A stretch of 64,000 bases of DNA from Vermamoeba vermiformis (lineage: Eukaryota): the NCBI GenBank assembly GCA_045837725.1, contig JBEWZL010000266.1, forward strand, positions 434,001 to 498,000, read 5' to 3'. The notes beneath the pieces were generated by a model. That model was not told the DNA's origin, did not search any database, and was given only the letters and a program-made list of their open reading frames with translations. The translations under genes and the position numbers were made by a program. Of this stretch, positions 60,968 to 64,000 are shown one piece after another; the stretch's first letter is position 1, and each line of letters opens with the position of its first letter.

Positions 60968-61802
60968 ATGACTACTGCCAAGGTCGAGCAATTTATTGCA
61001 TTCAAGGTAAGTTAGTTTTCTCATTGATCAGATGAACAACGAATTTCAACGCTGCCAATAAATTTGAACATTAACTCGGATTATAAATATGCAATATGAC
61101 CGGAACTAATATTGTTGCATGCTATTCCTTGCGGAGGAATTTAATATTCTCGCGTCAAAATAGATGCGATATTATTAAAATTTTGTTTTGTGAAACGTAA
61201 ATATTTGGAGCAACATTAAAGACCTTTATCATAATAATCACATTGCGCAGCTCCCATATTCATTGCAAGAATTTGGTCCGAAATTTTTCGTTCTTTTTAA
61301 GGAAAGACCCCGACAACCTTAAATCATTACAGATTAATTAAAAAAGCTGAAAATTAAGCAAAAGAAACTACATCTAGTATTATGGGGCGTTGAAAATCCA
61401 ATTCACAAAATTCACAAAACCGGATCACTAATTATTTTTATCCTCGTGCAGAAAGATTGGAACCAAGCCACTGGTAGCACTTACTACTTGATCGGAGATG
61501 ACTCTTTCGTAGTACCTTTAATCAAGGGCCTGAACTCTTTATTGGCGAACTACACCGTCAAGCAAAAGAAGTACGAGATCACGTTCGAATTTGAAAAAGA
61601 CGAGTACAACAGATGGAATATGCAATCATCTAGTGAATTTGCAATGCTATACGAAGATAGCTTCATTATTTCTGTCGTTAACTACATGTCAACGAACGGA
61701 TGGCAATTCAAAACTCAATACACCCAAAATTTGGATCTGCCCGGACGAAAGCAAGTTAAAGAAGTATGGTTGTTCTCTAACATCAGCAAGGTCCTTATTT
61801 AA
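60968..61802 (+). CDS. Small hypothetical protein (~130 aa), 2 exons
   Basis: MTTAKVEQFIAFK joins in phase 0 to KDWNQATGSTYYLIGDD...VVNYMSTNGWQFKTQY...KEVWLFSNISKVLI*. Confidence 0.65.
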
Positions 61803-62289
61803 AAACAATATCGCCGTGCCGAAAATAGGAAAAATCAAATTTACCGTTTTTTGCAAATAATTTGAATCGGTAGATTGCGTTCAACAGCAACATTATTTAA
61901 TTTTAGATGTAATAATAATTAGAACTCGTTTGGATTGTAAATCATAATAAAAGCATAGTTAAAAATTAATATGGATGCGGAACAACCCTGAAGTCATTTA
62001 ATGACAGGTGTCGCTCGGTATTTATAGGACGCTGTTGCCCGAGATTGATTTGTAATTGTAATATTTAGATCAGTAATCTAGCTTTGCTAACCGACCTGGC
62101 AATTCTATTCGGAGATAATAGCGCCGTGGAGCCGATCCCACCCTCTATTATCAGGTTGAAACTTTTATGGTAAAAGCGTGAGTTAGTTAGGGAACAAGAC
62201 GATATCCGTTCTTAATCGTCAAAGCACTAACGACGTCTTTTTTTGGATTTTTGATCTTATTGTCTGTGTGATCTTACAAAAGAAGCATC

Positions 62290-63260
62290 ATGTCGCAAAT
62301 CAAAGTAGTACCATTAGGTTTGTCTACAAATATACGTTCTGTAATCATCTGACCTTGTGTGATGAAGGTGCTGGACAGGATGTCGGACGAAGCTGCGTAG
62401 TCGTCACAATTGGAAACAAAAATATAATGTTTGATTGTGGTATGCACATGGGGTACAACGATGAAAGGTAAAGAGTTGGCAATACAATTTGCGACAAGAT
62501 CCGAGTTATAAAAATTACCAAAAAATACCAAATTATTCTAAAATACAAATTATAGTTATATATGGTGCGGGTATAATATTTAGACCTTTAATTAAATATT
62601 TGTATAATTATAGGCGGTTTCCTGACTTCAGTTATTTGTCGAAGAACAAAAATTTCGATAACGTCATTGATTGCGTTATTATCTCGCATTTGTATCCTTT
62701 AAACAATTATTACAATCATATAATTTAATATTATCATTCGGTTATGTTGTTTTACCTTCACTTTGCTAACAATAGCCACTTGGATCACTGCGGCGCGTTG
62801 CCTCATTTTACAGAGATGTTAGGGTACGTTTAATTCCTCGAAATTATCGTTTAAATATTAAAATTGATGTAAATACTGTATTTAGGTACAATGGACCCAT
62901 CCTGATGACAGTAAGAAAAAATCAATCGTTAGTCGCTCGTATCATGTCATTTAATAGTACTTATATAGCATCCCACGAAAGCTATATGCCCTATATTATT
63001 AGAAGATTACAGAAAAATTACAGTAGAACGCAAAGGCGAGACGAATTTTTTCACCTCGCAAATGATCAAAGATTGCATGAAGAAAGGTACGTCGGGAGCT
63101 TGTCCAAAATCACCATAATATCAATATTATCGCATATTTTATGCTTGCAAATGCGAGTTGTTGTATTAACCTAATTTGATCCAAAGTTACCGCCGTGAAC
63201 ATTAACGAGACCACGGAGATTGAAGAAGATTTTGAAGTGCGAGCTTATTACGCGGGACAC
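62290..63260 (+). CDS. INTS11: Integrator complex subunit 11 (CPSF3-like endonuclease), 5' exons; the gene continues past the window
   Basis: [19 protein letters not shown]...[22 protein letters not shown]...[14 protein letters not shown]...[41 protein letters not shown]...AYYAGH. Confidence 0.96.
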
Positions 63261-63298
63261 GTAAGTTTTAATCCTTTTGTCAATATTTATACCAAGAT

Positions 63299-63470
63299 CG
63301 ATCGGTGGTGCGCTTAGTGGTGAGATTCGCGATCAGTCTAAAACAGATTCTGTGAATCTGGTGAGAACGCATCTCAAACAAATCAACAATAATTCAATGA
63401 AACGTTTATTTTGAGCTAATTAAGATCGCGCAACCCTTTGGGCTTCGAGTCCAAGGGCTGTTCGTCTTTT
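63299..63470 (+). ncRNA. Candidate structured Pol III RNA of unknown identity, intronic
   Basis: A-box-like GCTTAGTGG, B-box-like GCTTCGAGTCC, long-range pair CGCGATC/GATCGCG, hairpin CAGATTC-TGT-GAATCTG, a 3' hairpin and a TTTT end. Confidence 0.4.
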
Positions 63471-63509
63471 GCACGACCACGTGTGTTCCGACAAATTTCT
63501 CTCAACAAC

Positions 63510-63580
63510 GGTGCTGTAGTTTAACGGGAGAATCCCTGTCTTGGACACAGGAGACCTTGGTTCGACTCCAAGCAGCGCCT
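63510..63580 (+). tRNA. tRNA with anticodon TGG (nominally Pro) on an atypical body, intronic
   Basis: GGTGCTG TA GTTT AACGGGA GAAT C CCTGT CTTGGAC ACAGG AGAC CTTGG TTCGACT CCAAG CAGCGCC T. All stems pair and T-runs follow. Confidence 0.85.
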
Positions 63581-63940
63581 TTATCTTTTTGCCCTTAATA
63601 CTGTTTTCAAGGAGCACCCGTCATGATGGTGATCGGTTAAGCAGCTCACGCCAAAGAGATTTTTTTTGGCATAATTAGGCTACAAGTTGTGAGAAATTAC
63701 TATGAAAAGGAAACCGATCACCACCGACGAGAGAACTGTGCAGTTCGTTGCAGCCAGAGTGTTGTTTCGTCAAACTCAATTCCCTCTACCACGTTGTCAA
63801 ACATGAGTTTATCTTATCCTGTGTTGCCGTACTCTAATCATACTGATTGCTCGCCTTTCTCTTTCGATCTGCCGACCTGACTTGGTCGCGCCCTTTCGTC
63901 CTGTCCCCTCGACGGACCAGTGAGGGCCGCGGTCATCAAA

Positions 63941-64000
63941 CCGACCTTAGCTCAGTCGGTAGAGCGGAGGACTGTAGTGAAGCATCAATCCTTAGGTCGC
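63941..64000 (+). tRNA. tRNA-Tyr(GTA) with a 10-nt intron, truncated by the window end
   Basis: CCGACCTTAGCTCAGTCGGTAGAGCGGAGGACTGTAG[tgaagcatca]ATCCTTAGGTCGC, with the intron at the canonical 37/38 position (63978-63987). Confidence 0.95.

Noticed and set aside
63328-63470. Telomerase RNA (closing helix, small hairpin and terminal hairpin recall the ciliate layout)
   Set aside because: There is no C-rich template of about 1.5 telomeric repeats in the expected single-stranded segment.
1-64000. Autonomous transposon, integrated virus or prokaryotic operon
   Set aside because: No transposase, reverse transcriptase, integrase or capsid motifs were seen, and nearly all genes have spliceosomal introns.

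Overview
This is compact, intron-dense eukaryotic nuclear DNA (GT..AG introns mostly 45-70 nt, AT-rich spacers) from a protist. The gene content looks amoebozoan-like, but I cannot establish the taxon. The ORF track is fragmented by introns, so I rebuilt gene models by hand, and internal exon boundaries are approximate. I find about 20 protein-coding loci, four tRNA or tRNA-like genes and one 5S rRNA gene (all five inside introns), a tRNA pseudogene, a GH3 pseudogene and an ABCA relic. The standout is 641-9262 (+): about 31 exons splice with compatible phases into one protein of roughly 2,250 aa. Its domain order is SHOCT, WGR, PARP-regulatory, degenerate PARP catalytic, WGR, WGR, FG-rich linker, Ran-like, Ran-like, low-complexity linker, Sin3 PAH1 and PAH2, the N-lobe only of a CHD-type SNF2 ATPase, SLFG/FTFG repeats, and a third Ran-like domain. 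Almost every enzymatic module is crippled, which suggests a nuclear scaffold or a multi-decoy protein (inference). Convergent with it is a Ras carrying G12E/G60R/Q61H. Other notable items are a RhoGAP-RA-PHear-EDR1-pseudokinase gene hosting the 5S gene, a C2-HR1-SH3 protein, an SMIM30-like microprotein missed by the ORF track, a P-loop kinase-YqfB(ASCH) fusion, an intronless GH74/BNR gene, an atypical TGG-anticodon tRNA and a candidate Pol III ncRNA in an INTS11 intron. The stretch 34390-35822 and a T51 run look like possible assembly noise, so the frameshifts reported here need read-level checks.
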